A DNA stretch of 64,000 nucleotides from an uncultured delta proteobacterium (GCA_963767925.1 CAVYGB010000008.1:1472001-1536000), one strand, 5' to 3'. Positions 33,252 through 43,709 are shown, counted from the first letter of the stretch. The notes: a model not told the origin generated them from the letters alone. Made by a program: numbers and translations.

Positions 33252-36200
33252 ATGGCCCGCGCCGGCTCTCCGTTCGTGACCGTCCGTGTACTGGGTTTCC
33301 TGGCTCTGCTGCTGTCCCAGCCCACGCAGGCGGTCTCCCCGCCCGCACCCACGTGGTTCGATCGCCTCTTCGAGCAGGAGCGGGCCGATCTCGCGCAGCG
33401 GGTGGGGCTCCCCGAAGCCGTCTCCTCGCTGTCGGCGCTGATCGCCCTCGAGGAGAACGTCGCCCCCGGCCGGCTGGAGGAGATCCTCCGCAGCACGGTG
33501 CAGGAGCCCCGCACCGATCCGCTGGTCGCGGCGCAGGCCAGTTACCGGCTCGCGCTGGCCGAGACCCGCCGCGGTGAGGTCGACTCGGCCCGGGCCCGCT
33601 ACCGGGCCATGGGCCTGGTGAGCGAGTTCCAGGTGGTGGGCCCCTTCGAGGCCCAGGGCCGGGGCGCGGTGGGCCGACCCTATGCGCCCGAGACCCCCGA
33701 GGGTGGGCCGGGACCCGACCGCCGCTTCGCCGGCAAGGAACGCGAGGTCACCTGGAGGCCCGCCCCCAACGTCCTGCGCGATGGCTCGCTCGCCCTCGAC
33801 GGCCTCCTGCGCCCGGACAGCGACGCCGTGGCCTACGCCCTGACCTACCTGCACAGCGAGCGCCGGCAGCCCATCGTGCTCCGGCTCGGCAGCCCAGGTC
33901 CGATCAAGGTGTGGGTACAGGGGAAGGTGGCGTTCGAAAAGAACGTCGTGCGCGATGTGCGGCTGGACCAGGACGCGGTGACCGTGCTGCTCGAGCCTGG
34001 CGAAAATGCCGTGCTCATCAAGACCGTCGTCACCAGCGGCGCCTGGCGCCTGTTCCTGAGAGTGACCGATCAGAAGGGACGCCCGCTGCCCAACCTGCGG
34101 GCGACCGCCGCCGGCGCCGCCTATCCGCTGGGCCCCGACCGCGGGCCCCGCGCGGGGGCTCCGCCCCGCGACCTCGGGGCGATCCTGCTGCAGCGGGCGA
34201 CGCGCAGCCCCGCCGCTGCTCGGGGGCCGGCCTGGCTCGACTACGCCCGCTACCTGGCGCTCTACCGGTCCACCGACCGCGAGGGCAAGGACCTCGAGCA
34301 GGCGCTCGATCAGGCGGCGCGGGCCGGAGCCGGCACCCGCGCCCTCCTGCTGCTGGGGGAGCTGGCCACCGAGCCCGACGACCGACGGCAGGCGCTCGAG
34401 CGCGCGGCGGCCGAGGCGACCGATCCCGAGGAGAAGGCGCTGGCGCTGGCCCAGCTCGGCCTGCTGGCCCGCGCCAGCCGCCGCGAGAGCGCAGGCCTGG
34501 AGCTGCTCCGCGCCGCGCTGGCCGCCGACCCCACCTGCGTGCCCGCGGTGCTGGCCCTCGCCGCCGAGGAGCAGCTCGCCGGCCTCCCCGCCGCCGGGCT
34601 GGCCCGCCTCGATACCCTGCCCGAGAACCTCCGGGTCCTGCCGATGGTGCGGGCGGCCCGGGCGCGGGCCCTGGAAGCCCTGGGCCGCCGGGCGGCGGCC
34701 GACCGCGAGCTGGCCATGTTGTTCGAGAGCCGCCAGACCGACGTCGAGCTGGGGCTGGACGTGGCCCGGGCGGCCCGCCTCGATGGCGACTCCCAGCGGG
34801 CGATCTTCCTGCACGCCAAGCTGGCCCGGCAGCGCCCCGATCTCTCCTTCATCGTGACCGAATGGGCCCGCCTCCTCGAGGGGGGCGGCGACATCCCGGG
34901 CGCCCGGCGCGTACTCGAGCAGGCCATCGAGCGGTTGCCCGACGAGGCGATCTTGCACGAGGAGCTGGGCCGCTTGCTGGTGCGAGCGGACGACCTCGAG
35001 GCGGGCGTCAAGCAGCTTCGCCAGGCGCTCACCCTGCGGCCGCAGAACCCCGTCCTGCGCCGGTACGTGGCCCGCCTGGCCAGCGACGCCGACGGCCGGC
35101 AGGGCGACGGCGGGGCCGACTGGGCCCGGAGCTGGGTGGAGGACGGCCGGGCCCTCGCCCGCAGCGCCCTCTCCGGCGCCGCGACCCAGGCGAGCGACGA
35201 CTCGGGGGCGGCGGTGCTTGTCGATCAGCAGGTCGTCCGGGTGCACGGCAACGGCCTCTCCGAGCGGTTCGCCCAGCGCCTCGTGCACGTCCGCACCGAG
35301 CAGGCCGCCCGGGAGCAGCTCGAGTTCCTGGTCCGCTACTCCCCCGGCACGCAGGAGGTGGAGATCCGGAGGGCCCAGATTTACCGGCGCGCCCCGGGCG
35401 GGGAGGTGCTCCTGTTGCAGGCGACCGGCCGCGACGATCGCGATCTATCGGAGCCCTGGTACGGCCTCTATTACGACCTGCGGGCCGAGGTGGTTGTGTT
35501 CGAGGGCCTGCGGGCGGGGGACGTGCTCGAGATCCAGTACGCCGTCTCCGACGTGTCTCCGGAAAATGCCCTCGCCGGCTACTTCGGGGACCTCGACTTC
35601 CTGGCCGAGACGGTGCCCCGCCAGCGCTGGCGCTACGTCCTGATCGGGCCAGCCGACCGGCGGTTCTTCTTCAACCGCCCGGGGGTGGCCGACCTGGAGT
35701 ACCGCGAGGAGCAGAAGGGCAACGAGGTGGTCTTCACCTTCGCCGCCCGCAACATCCCCCGGGTGGTCTCCGAGCCCGGCATGCCCGGGTACGCCGAGGT
35801 GTCGCCCTACCTGCACGTCAGCACCCACTCCGGCTGGCAGGAGATGGGCCGCTGGTACTGGAACCTGATCGAGGATCAGCTCTCCGCCGACAGCAACCTG
35901 ATCCGGGCGGCGACCGAGGCCACGGCTGGCGCCCGCACCGTGCTGGAGAAGGTCCGGGCCGTGCACCGCTTCGTGGTGGAGAACACCCGCTACGTCGCAC
36001 TAGAGTTCGGGATCCACGGCTACAAGCCCTACCGGGTCACCCAGGTGCTGTCGCGCCGCTTCGGCGACTGCAAGGACAAGGCCTCGCTGATGCTGGCCCT
36101 GCTGCGGGTGGTGGGCGTGCCCAGTGAGCTGGTCCTGCTCCGCACCCGGCAAGGGGGACGGGTCGAAGCGAGCCCCGCCTCCCTGGCGGTCTTCGACCAC

Positions 36201-37088
36201 GCCATCGTCTACGTGCCCGGGCTGGCCCTCTACCTCGACGGCACGGCGGAGTTCGCCGGGCTCGACGAGCTCCCCTTCCAGGACCAGGGGGTCACCGCCT
36301 TGCGGGTGGGCCCCCAGACCGCCGAGCTGGTGCTGACGCCGGTGATGCCGGCGGCCGCCAACCGGGCGGTTCGCCGCTGGCAGGCCAGCGTCGACGAGCA
36401 AGGCGGCGCCCGGGTGAGCGAGGAGATCGCGGTGAGCGGCCAGGCCGCCCCCGAGTGGCGCGAGCACTATCAGACCCCCGGCGAGCGGCAGGAGCGCTTC
36501 AGCAAGGTGTGGAGCGGCCGCTTCCCCGGCGCCCAGCTCGAGACGCTCGAGATCGACGGCCCCTCCGACCGCAACCGTCCGGTGGTGGCCCGCTCGGTGG
36601 CCCTGGTGCCCAAGCTGGCCGATCCGGCCGGGGCGGGCCGGCTCAAGCTGCCGGTCAGCGCCCGGGAGGAAGACTTCGTGCGTTCCTACGCCCGGCTGTC
36701 GCAGCGGCGCCACGAGCTCGTGCTGGCCTACCCCTGGCAACAGGAGCAGGAGCTGTCCTTCCGGGTCCCCGAGGGCTGGCAGGTCGAGGGGTTGCCCGCC
36801 CCCCGCCAGCTCGACTCCCAGTTCGGCCGCTTCCGCCAGGAGGTCGCCGTCTCCGACGACGGCCGGCACATGACGGTGCGTTCGCTGGTCGAGGTGGCGC
36901 AGAACCGCATCGCCCCCAAGGAGTACGGGGAGTTCCGGGCCTTCCTCGCGGTGCTCGATGGAGCCTTCCGGCAGACGGTGACCATCCGCAAGGAGGTCGC
37001 CGGATCCACCGAGCCGCCGGCCGAGAAGACCGAGCCCCGGCCCCTCGAGCCCGAAAAGCGCGACACCGGAACGGAGAGCCGCCAGTGA
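33252..37088 (+). CDS. Secreted TPR + DUF3857 + transglutaminase-like protein, catalytic triad present
   Basis: TRYVALEFG..GDCKDKA (Cys), FDHAI (His) and YLDGT (Asp). DUF3857-like LRAGDVLE. TPR-like Ala/Leu helices. Confidence 0.85.
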   Translation: MARAGSPFVTVRVLGFLALLLSQPTQAVSPPAPTWFDRLFEQERADLAQRVGLPEAVSSLSALIALEENVAPGRLEEILRSTVQEPRTDPLVAAQASYRLALAETRRGEVDSARARYRAMGLVSEFQVVGPFEAQGRGAVGRPYAPETPEGGPGPDRRFAGKEREVTWRPAPNVLRDGSLALDGLLRPDSDAVAYALTYLHSERRQPIVLRLGSPGPIKVWVQGKVAFEKNVVRDVRLDQDAVTVLLEPGENAVLIKTVVTSGAWRLFLRVTDQKGRPLPNLRATAAGAAYPLGPDRGPRAGAPPRDLGAILLQRATRSPAAARGPAWLDYARYLALYRSTDREGKDLEQALDQAARAGAGTRALLLLGELATEPDDRRQALERAAAEATDPEEKALALAQLGLLARASRRESAGLELLRAALAADPTCVPAVLALAAEEQLAGLPAAGLARLDTLPENLRVLPMVRAARARALEALGRRAAADRELAMLFESRQTDVELGLDVARAARLDGDSQRAIFLHAKLARQRPDLSFIVTEWARLLEGGGDIPGARRVLEQAIERLPDEAILHEELGRLLVRADDLEAGVKQLRQALTLRPQNPVLRRYVARLASDADGRQGDGGADWARSWVEDGRALARSALSGAATQASDDSGAAVLVDQQVVRVHGNGLSERFAQRLVHVRTEQAAREQLEFLVRYSPGTQEVEIRRAQIYRRAPGGEVLLLQATGRDDRDLSEPWYGLYYDLRAEVVVFEGLRAGDVLEIQYAVSDVSPENALAGYFGDLDFLAETVPRQRWRYVLIGPADRRFFFNRPGVADLEYREEQKGNEVVFTFAARNIPRVVSEPGMPGYAEVSPYLHVSTHSGWQEMGRWYWNLIEDQLSADSNLIRAATEATAGARTVLEKVRAVHRFVVENTRYVALEFGIHGYKPYRVTQVLSRRFGDCKDKASLMLALLRVVGVPSELVLLRTRQGGRVEASPASLAVFDHAIVYVPGLALYLDGTAEFAGLDELPFQDQGVTALRVGPQTAELVLTPVMPAAANRAVRRWQASVDEQGGARVSEEIAVSGQAAPEWREHYQTPGERQERFSKVWSGRFPGAQLETLEIDGPSDRNRPVVARSVALVPKLADPAGAGRLKLPVSAREEDFVRSYARLSQRRHELVLAYPWQQEQELSFRVPEGWQVEGLPAPRQLDSQFGRFRQEVAVSDDGRHMTVRSLVEVAQNRIAPKEYGEFRAFLAVLDGAFRQTVTIRKEVAGSTEPPAEKTEPRPLEPEKRDTGTESRQ

Positions 37089-40000
37089 GGCGCCGAGGAC
37101 TCGGTCCGCTCGCGCTGCTCGTCGCCCTGGGGGCGGCCTGCGCCAGCGGGGGCACCGCCCAGCCCGCGCTCGATGTCGCCACCAGGGCCAGCGCGGCCGC
37201 CTGGGCCGGCTGGCGGGCCCTGCTCGAGGGGGGCAGCGCCCAGGCCGACACCGCCTTCTTCGAGGCCCGGCGGTGGCAGCCCGACGACCCGGTGGCCCTG
37301 TTCGGCCAGGCCGCCCTGGCCTTCGAGCGCGGGCGGTCCGAGGCCGCGCTGGACGCGACCTTCGCCCTGCTCGCGCGCGCCGATCGCCGGGACGCGCACC
37401 CCTGGGCGATGCCGCTGGCGGCGGCCGCCGCGACCCGGCTGACCGAGCTGCTCGCCGAGGCGCCCGCGCCCCGGGGCTACGAGGACCGGCTGCTGGCCCT
37501 GCAGTCCCGCGGCCTGTCCTGGCGGGCCCGGCTGGCCATCGAGGAGGCCCGCGACTACATCGGCCGCCGCCGGGGAGAGGGCGAGCTCCTGCGCCGCACG
37601 GAGCTGCAGCAGGGCTGCTTGCAGCGGGTGCAGTGGATGGGCGTCGCCGGCAGCTTCCCCAACCTCGATCTGGCCCAGGAGCCGATCGGGCCGGCTCCCG
37701 CCGCGCGCGAGCTGCAGGCCTCCGGCTGCGTCCTCACGCTCCCCGAGCGGGAGGGCCGCCCGGGGGTCCACATCCTGCGCGCGCCGATCGCGACGGCGGC
37801 CGGCCGGGTGTTGCTGGTCCTCGATTACTCCGGACCGGCGCTCATCCGGGTCGATGGCGGCCCCTTCGTCGAGCACGGCTCGGCGCGCGCCTTCGGGCCG
37901 CGAGCCAGCGCGGTCGCGGTCGCCCTCACCCCGGGTCGGCACACCCTCGAGCTGCGGCTCGGCAGCTACGGGGGGGCGTCGGCCCTGCGGGCGTTCGTGT
38001 TCGACCCCGCGCCTCCCGATCCGGCCGCGCCCTCCGGAGCCGGCCTGGAGCAGCTCGCGCTGTGGGAGCTGGCCGGCGCCCTCACCTCCGATGCGGTGGG
38101 GGAGACCGACCGGGCGCTGGCCGTCGCGACCTCCCTGACCGAGCGCAAGCGCTTCACCCTGGGCCTGTCGGCGGCCGCCGCCATCCTGTCGCGGGACCCG
38201 ACGCGTCCGTCGGCCATGGCCCGCGACGAGTCGGACGCCCTGTACCGGACGGTGGTGACCTCCGACCCCGGGCTGGCTCGCGCCGCCCTGGCGCTGGCCC
38301 GGGCCGAGCTGCACCGCGACCGCAGCGCCGAGGCGGTCGAGCTGGCCAGGCAGGCGCTGACCGCGGCCCCCCAGTTCTGGCCCGCCGCCGCCACCCAGGT
38401 GGAGGCGCTGCGAGCCCGCGGGCTCGAGCGCCACGCCGACGAGGTGCTCAAGCAGACCCTGACCGCGCTCGGCCCGGTGGAGGGGGCTTGCGACCTGCTG
38501 GTCCAGGCCCACCAGCGGGCCCAGATCCGCTACCAGACCGAGGCGGAGAAGATCTTCGCCGACCGGCTCGAGCGCTGCGACGCCCGCTCGACCGTCCCCA
38601 TCGAATGGCTACGGCGCCGGGGTGACCTGGCCCAGTCGGCCACCGCCCTCCGCCGCCGCCTCGAGTTCGTCTCCGACCGCAACGGCACCCGGGCCGATCT
38701 GGCCGCCGTGCGGCTGGCGATGGGGCAGGCGGTCGCAGCCGCCCTCGAGCTGGGCGCCCTCGTCGAGTCCGCCCCCCGAGACAGCTCGCTGCGCCTGCGG
38801 CTGGCCGACGCCTACGTGGCGGCGGGACAGGCCGATCGGGCGCGCAGCCTGGTGGCCGAGACCCTCACCCGCCTGCCCGGGCACGCCTCGGTCCGCCAGG
38901 TGGCCCGGGTGATGGGCCTGCCCCTGCCCATCGACCAGTTTCGCCTCGACGGAAAGACGGTCATCCAGGAGTACCAGGCGTCGAAGAGCGACTACGCCGC
39001 CCCCGCGGTCCTCGTGCTCGATCGGACGGTGGCCTGGGTGCTCGACGACGGGACGCAGGTGATCCTGACCCACAACATCGTCAACGTGAAGACCAAGGAC
39101 GGCATCGCCCGCTGGGGAGAGGTCGCGGTCCCAGGCACCGCCGAGATCCTCGCCCTGCGCACCCACAAGGCGGACGGGCGCGTGCGCGAGCCCGAGGAGA
39201 TCTCGGGCAAGGAGACCATCTCCGCCCCCGACCTGGGCCCGGGGGACTTCGTCGAGTGGGAGACGGTCGAATACCGCGAGCCGGAGGCGGGCCTGGCGCC
39301 CGGCTTCGTGGCCGATCGGTTCTTCTTCCAGTCCCTCGAGCTGCCCCTGCACCTGTCGGAGTACCTGGTGCTGGCGCCGGCGGGGGTCGAGCTGGACTTC
39401 GATCGGCGGGCCGGCGCCCCCACCCCCGAGGTCGGCAACGGTCCGGCGGGGACCCGGCTCTACCGCTTCGTCGCCCGGACGATGCCCCAGCTCTTCAGCG
39501 AACCGGCCGCGGTCGCCCACATCGAGTGGATCCCCTCGGTGCGCGCCTCCCGCGGGGTGACCATCGAGCGCTGGGCCCGGATGCTCGCCGACGGGCTTCA
39601 CGGCATCGCCCGGACCTCCCCGTCGCTGCGGGCGCTGGCCCAGCGGCTCGTGGAGGGGGTCGATCGGCGCGATCACGGCTGGGAGGCGGCCATCGTCCGC
39701 TGGGCCCGGGAGAACATCGAGGCCGAGACCGGCCTGGCCGAACCGGCCACCGCCACGGTGGCGCGGGGGCGGGGCAACCGGGCGGCGGTGATCGTGGCCC
39801 TGGCGCGCACCCTCGGCCTCGACGCCGACCTGGTGCTGGCCCGGCCGCTCACCGAGATGCCCACCGACCAGCCCCCGGTTCGCCAGGAGCTCGACGACTT
39901 CTCGGAGGTCCTGGTCCGCTTCGCCGGCGCCGACCCCCGGGGCCCGCCGCTGTTCGTCGATCCGCGCTGGAAACACGCCCCCCTCGGCTACTTGCCGCCG

Positions 40001-40780
40001 GCGCTCGATGGGGCGCGCTGCCTGTCGCTGCTGGGCGGCTGGCTCGAGACGGCGCGCAGCCGCGGTCAGGACAGCCGCTCGGTCCACGTCGCGCTCCACC
40101 TCGAGCTCGACGGCTCCGGCACCGGCCAGGTGCGGGAGGACCTCACCGGCTGGCCGGCCATCGAGTGGGCCTCCTTGCACGAGCGGCTGGGCGGCGACGA
40201 GAGCAAGCTGCGCCAGGACTTCGAGCAGCGCTGGCTGAACCACCACTTCCCGGGGGCCCGCCTGGAGCAGCTCGCCTTCGAGATCGACAAGCGCCGGGAA
40301 GGCCAGGCGGTGCTGCGCTACAGCTTCTCCAGCTCCGGGCTCGCCACCCGCCAGGGCAACGAGCTCCGGCTGGTGCCCACCTTCTTCCGCAGCCAGCCCG
40401 GGCGCCGCTTCGCCACCGAGGGGCAGCGGCGCACGCCGCTGCTGGTGGGCCCCGATCCGCCGCTGACCCTCGAGGCCCAGATCCAGCTCCCGCCCCAGGC
40501 CACCGTCCTGGACCCGGGCCGCGAGGGCTCGGTCGCCGCCGCCCGGCAGGGCGCCCTGCGGTTCTCCGAGCGCCGACAGATTTTGCTCGGGCGTCTCCTC
40601 ATCCGGCGGCAGATCCAGCTCCCGCTGGTCCGGGTCGAGCCCAACGAATACCCGACGGTGGCGACCGAGCTCCGGCGGATCGATTCGCTCGAGCAGGGAG
40701 AGATCCGGATCGGGCGGGCCGCGGGATCCTCCGGCAGGGACGTGTCCCTGATCTCGGACGGGCTCCCCTCGGCGAAATGA
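37085..40780 (+). CDS. Lipoprotein with TPR, DUF3857 and a degenerate transglutaminase-like domain
   Basis: GTG start overlaps the upstream stop. Lipobox GAAC and PDLGPGDFVEW. RGRGNRAAV and FSEVLV stand where the Cys and His motifs are expected. Confidence 0.75.
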   Translation: MRRRGLGPLALLVALGAACASGGTAQPALDVATRASAAAWAGWRALLEGGSAQADTAFFEARRWQPDDPVALFGQAALAFERGRSEAALDATFALLARADRRDAHPWAMPLAAAAATRLTELLAEAPAPRGYEDRLLALQSRGLSWRARLAIEEARDYIGRRRGEGELLRRTELQQGCLQRVQWMGVAGSFPNLDLAQEPIGPAPAARELQASGCVLTLPEREGRPGVHILRAPIATAAGRVLLVLDYSGPALIRVDGGPFVEHGSARAFGPRASAVAVALTPGRHTLELRLGSYGGASALRAFVFDPAPPDPAAPSGAGLEQLALWELAGALTSDAVGETDRALAVATSLTERKRFTLGLSAAAAILSRDPTRPSAMARDESDALYRTVVTSDPGLARAALALARAELHRDRSAEAVELARQALTAAPQFWPAAATQVEALRARGLERHADEVLKQTLTALGPVEGACDLLVQAHQRAQIRYQTEAEKIFADRLERCDARSTVPIEWLRRRGDLAQSATALRRRLEFVSDRNGTRADLAAVRLAMGQAVAAALELGALVESAPRDSSLRLRLADAYVAAGQADRARSLVAETLTRLPGHASVRQVARVMGLPLPIDQFRLDGKTVIQEYQASKSDYAAPAVLVLDRTVAWVLDDGTQVILTHNIVNVKTKDGIARWGEVAVPGTAEILALRTHKADGRVREPEEISGKETISAPDLGPGDFVEWETVEYREPEAGLAPGFVADRFFFQSLELPLHLSEYLVLAPAGVELDFDRRAGAPTPEVGNGPAGTRLYRFVARTMPQLFSEPAAVAHIEWIPSVRASRGVTIERWARMLADGLHGIARTSPSLRALAQRLVEGVDRRDHGWEAAIVRWARENIEAETGLAEPATATVARGRGNRAAVIVALARTLGLDADLVLARPLTEMPTDQPPVRQELDDFSEVLVRFAGADPRGPPLFVDPRWKHAPLGYLPPALDGARCLSLLGGWLETARSRGQDSRSVHVALHLELDGSGTGQVREDLTGWPAIEWASLHERLGGDESKLRQDFEQRWLNHHFPGARLEQLAFEIDKRREGQAVLRYSFSSSGLATRQGNELRLVPTFFRSQPGRRFATEGQRRTPLLVGPDPPLTLEAQIQLPPQATVLDPGREGSVAAARQGALRFSERRQILLGRLLIRRQIQLPLVRVEPNEYPTVATELRRIDSLEQGEIRIGRAAGSSGRDVSLISDGLPSAK

Positions 40781-40794
40781 CGTACGCTGCCGGA

Positions 40795-41787
40795 ATGAAC
40801 ATCGCCGTCCTGGGAGCCGGGGCCTGGGGCACGGCCCTGGCCGCGGCCCTGGCCGACGCCGGCCACGCCACCCGGCTGTGGGGGCGGGATCCGGCGCTGC
40901 TGGCCGAGATCGCCACCCGGCGCGAGAACCACCGTTACCTCCCGGGACGGCGCCTGATCGAGACGATCCAGGTGGGCTCGGATCTCCCGGCGGCGGTCGC
41001 CGGCAGCGCGGTGGTCATCGTCGCCGTCCCCACCGCCTCGGTGCGCGTGGTGTCCGAGCAGCTCGGACGGGCCGGGGCGGCGGGGGCGATCCTCGTGTCG
41101 GCGTCAAAGGGGCTCGAGCAGACCTCCCGCCTGACGGTGGACGGGGTGATGGCGGACGCCTTGCCCGGCACGCGCGTGGTCCTGCTGTCGGGCCCGACCT
41201 TCGCCACCGAGATCGCCCGCGGTCTGCCCGCCGCCGCCGTCGCCGCCTCGCGGGACGGGGAGGCCGCCGGCCTGGTCCAGCGGGTGTTCGGCTCGGAGAC
41301 CTTCCGGGTCTACACCACCGAAGACGTGACCGGGGTGGCGGTGGGGGGCGCCCTGAAGAACGTCATCGCCATCGCCGCCGGCTGCGCCGACGGGCTGGGG
41401 TTCGGCAACAACGCCCGGGCCGCCCTGATCACGCGCGGTCTCAACGAGATGGGGCGCCTGGCGGTCCGCCTGGGCGGCCATCCGCTGACCCTGGCCGGGC
41501 TGGCCGGGCTCGGCGATCTGGTCCTCACCTGCACGGGTGAGCTGTCGCGCAACCGGCGGGTGGGCCTGGCCCTGGCGGCGGGAGAGCCGCTCTCCCGGAT
41601 CCTCAGCGGCCTTGGGCACGTCGCCGAGGGCGTCTACACCGCGCGGATCGCGTCCGAGCTGGCCCAGGAGCTGGGGGTCGCGATGCCCATCACGGCCCAG
41701 GTGGCGGCGGTGCTGGCCGGCCAGCGAACGCCCCGGGAGGCGGTGGCCAATCTGCTGGCCCGCGAGTCGGGCCCCGAGCGGGGATAG
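40795..41787 (+). CDS. gpsA: NAD(P)H-dependent glycerol-3-phosphate dehydrogenase
   Basis: GAGAWGTALA, SKGLE, SGPTFA, GGALKNVIAIAAG and GLGDLVLTC..SRN. Confidence 0.96.
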   Translation: MNIAVLGAGAWGTALAAALADAGHATRLWGRDPALLAEIATRRENHRYLPGRRLIETIQVGSDLPAAVAGSAVVIVAVPTASVRVVSEQLGRAGAAGAILVSASKGLEQTSRLTVDGVMADALPGTRVVLLSGPTFATEIARGLPAAAVAASRDGEAAGLVQRVFGSETFRVYTTEDVTGVAVGGALKNVIAIAAGCADGLGFGNNARAALITRGLNEMGRLAVRLGGHPLTLAGLAGLGDLVLTCTGELSRNRRVGLALAAGEPLSRILSGLGHVAEGVYTARIASELAQELGVAMPITAQVAAVLAGQRTPREAVANLLARESGPERG

Positions 41788-41794
41788 CGGAGAC

Positions 41795-41810
41795 CCGGCC
41801 GCGCGGCCGG
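41795..41810. terminator. Perfect 16-bp palindrome between convergent gpsA and cyoE
   Basis: CCGGCCGCGCGGCCGG with no U-tract. Confidence 0.3.
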
Positions 41811-41811
41811 C

Positions 41812-42732
41812 TCAGAAGCGGAACAGGGGATCGACCCCCAGCGCCACGAAGAGCCCGGTCAGGTAGACCAGCGAATAGAGAAACAGCGAGCGGGCCCAGG
41901 TCCGCAGGGCCGCCGGCTCGGCGCCGGCCGGGGGGACGCGCAGGGCGCGCCGAAGAAACCCCAGCCCCAGCCCCGCCGCCGCCACCGCGTACACCGGGCC
42001 GCCGAGATCGAGGGGGACCGGCCAGAACGAGACCAGCACCAGGATCAGGCTCGACACGACGATCGTGAACCGGGTCAACCGGGGGGTCTTGGTGAGCGAG
42101 AGGACCTTGAGGCCGGCCTGGGCGTATTCCTCCTCCCGGAAGGCGGCGATGGCCGCGAAATGAGGAATCTGCCAGACGAAGAGGATGGCGAACAGCGCGA
42201 GCCCCCCGGCGTCGACCCGTCCAGTCGCCGTCGCCCAGCCCATCAAGGGCGGCAGAGCGCCCGGCACCGCACCCACGTAGAGCGCCACCGTGGAGACCCG
42301 CTTGAGCGGGGTGTAGCCCCAGACGTAGGCATAAAACGCCAGCAGGCCCAGGGCCGCCACCACGAGGCCCCCCCCGGAAAACAGGAGGGGGACCGCGGCC
42401 GAGGCCAGCAGGGCGCCGAAGGAGAGGGCGACGAAGGGGGCGATGCGCCCCTCGGGCAGGGGACGCCGGCGCGTCCGGCGCATCAGCCCGTCCACGTCCC
42501 GCTCGAGGTACATGTTGATGGCGTTGGCCGCCGCCACCAGCAGCGTCGTCCCGACCAGCGCCATGAGCGTCCGGTCGAGCGAGATCTCCACCGGCGCCAG
42601 CAGAGCCCCCGCTCCGAAGGTGAAGACCACCATCCCCGTCACGCGCGGCTTGGCGAGCTGGGCGAGATCCCGCAGGAAGGCCAGCGCCCCTTGCAGGGTG
42701 CCGACCGCTCCGGGTGTGCTGAGGGCTTTCAC
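41812..42732 (-). CDS. cyoE: Protoheme IX farnesyltransferase (haem O synthase, CtaB/CyoE)
   Basis: LAKPRV, NMYLERDVDGLMRRTRRRPLP, YTPLKR, GAVPGALPPLMGW and WQIPHF. Confidence 0.95.
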   Translation of the reverse strand: MKALSTPGAVGTLQGALAFLRDLAQLAKPRVTGMVVFTFGAGALLAPVEISLDRTLMALVGTTLLVAAANAINMYLERDVDGLMRRTRRRPLPEGRIAPFVALSFGALLASAAVPLLFSGGGLVVAALGLLAFYAYVWGYTPLKRVSTVALYVGAVPGALPPLMGWATATGRVDAGGLALFAILFVWQIPHFAAIAAFREEEYAQAGLKVLSLTKTPRLTRFTIVVSSLILVLVSFWPVPLDLGGPVYAVAAAGLGLGFLRRALRVPPAGAEPAALRTWARSLFLYSLVYLTGLFVALGVDPLFRF

Positions 42733-42778
42733 GCTGGTTCCGGCTGGCTCGGCTACCCGCTTCGTGCTGCTTTCTAAT

Positions 42779-43492
42779 CTACTTGGCGGCGAACTCGAGC
42801 TTCAGCTCGACCGGCTTGCCGTCGGTCACGGTCACTTCCTTGGTCTGGCTGCCGAAGCGCTCGTGCCAGATCTCGAGGGTGTACGTGCCGGCCGGAACAT
42901 TCGCGATGTTGAACGTACCATCATCGCCGCTGAGGGCGAAGTGGGGATTGTCGGTGACCAGCACGAAGCCCGTCATCCACGGGTGGACGTCGCACTTGAA
43001 CTTCACGACGTCTCCCACCGTGGGGAACTTCTTCTTGTAAGGCGCCGTCCCCTGGATGTGGGCCAGGTTGAACAGGGTGGCGGTCCCCTTGTAGGTGTGG
43101 ACGTTGTGCAAGGTGGCGTCGCTGTTGCGAATCTCCACCGTCTGACCGGCCTGCGCGACGAGGACGCGCGGGCGGTAGCGACAGCCGTTCTGATCCATCA
43201 CGGCCGGCGTGCTCGGCGGGGCGGGGGGCGTGGCGATCCCCTTGGCCACCCGGACCACGACGTTCTTGAGCACGCCGCCGGCCCCCACCACGACCTCCTC
43301 GTCCTTGGCCGCCGGTTGCTTGGCGCAGAAGGGGTCCGCTTTCATGTTCACGGTCGCAGCTTCCGGCGCCTTGCCGGTGAGCTTGACCGACCCCTGGATG
43401 GTCCCGGCTGCGAGCGCCGGTGCGGGCGAGGCGAGCAGGGAGAAGAAGCCGAGCCCGAGCGAAAACACGAGAGGAGTCGACAGGGTGGGCAT
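42779..43492 (-). CDS. Secreted protein with a cupredoxin-like core (His..Cys-x-x-His-x-x-Met) within a carboxypeptidase-regulatory-like sandwich
   Basis: Signal peptide ending ALA, DQNGCRYRP, NSDATLHNVH, KCDVHPWM and GTFNIANVPAGTYTLEIWHE. Confidence 0.75.
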   Translation of the reverse strand: MPTLSTPLVFSLGLGFFSLLASPAPALAAGTIQGSVKLTGKAPEAATVNMKADPFCAKQPAAKDEEVVVGAGGVLKNVVVRVAKGIATPPAPPSTPAVMDQNGCRYRPRVLVAQAGQTVEIRNSDATLHNVHTYKGTATLFNLAHIQGTAPYKKKFPTVGDVVKFKCDVHPWMTGFVLVTDNPHFALSGDDGTFNIANVPAGTYTLEIWHERFGSQTKEVTVTDGKPVELKLEFAAK

Positions 43493-43709
43493 GGTGCCGC
43501 GGCTCTTAGCAAGCGCGTCGCTCGGAGTCAATCTCGATCGTGCCAGCAAGTTCGGCTGTTTCATCTCGTCGATCGAGACGGCCTGCACGGGTGAGATCTT
43601 CACGCGCGTCCGCACCGCCCGCCAACCGGCAGCGGCGGCCGATCAATGCGTTGCGCTGCCGACGGAAGCGCTCGCGCGTGCGCACCAGGAAAGATAATCT
43701 CGCGGTGCC

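Noticed and set aside
43525..43546. Sigma-54 promoter (minus-strand TGGCACG) upstream of the cupredoxin-like gene
   Set aside because: The -12 TTGC element is missing at the required spacing.
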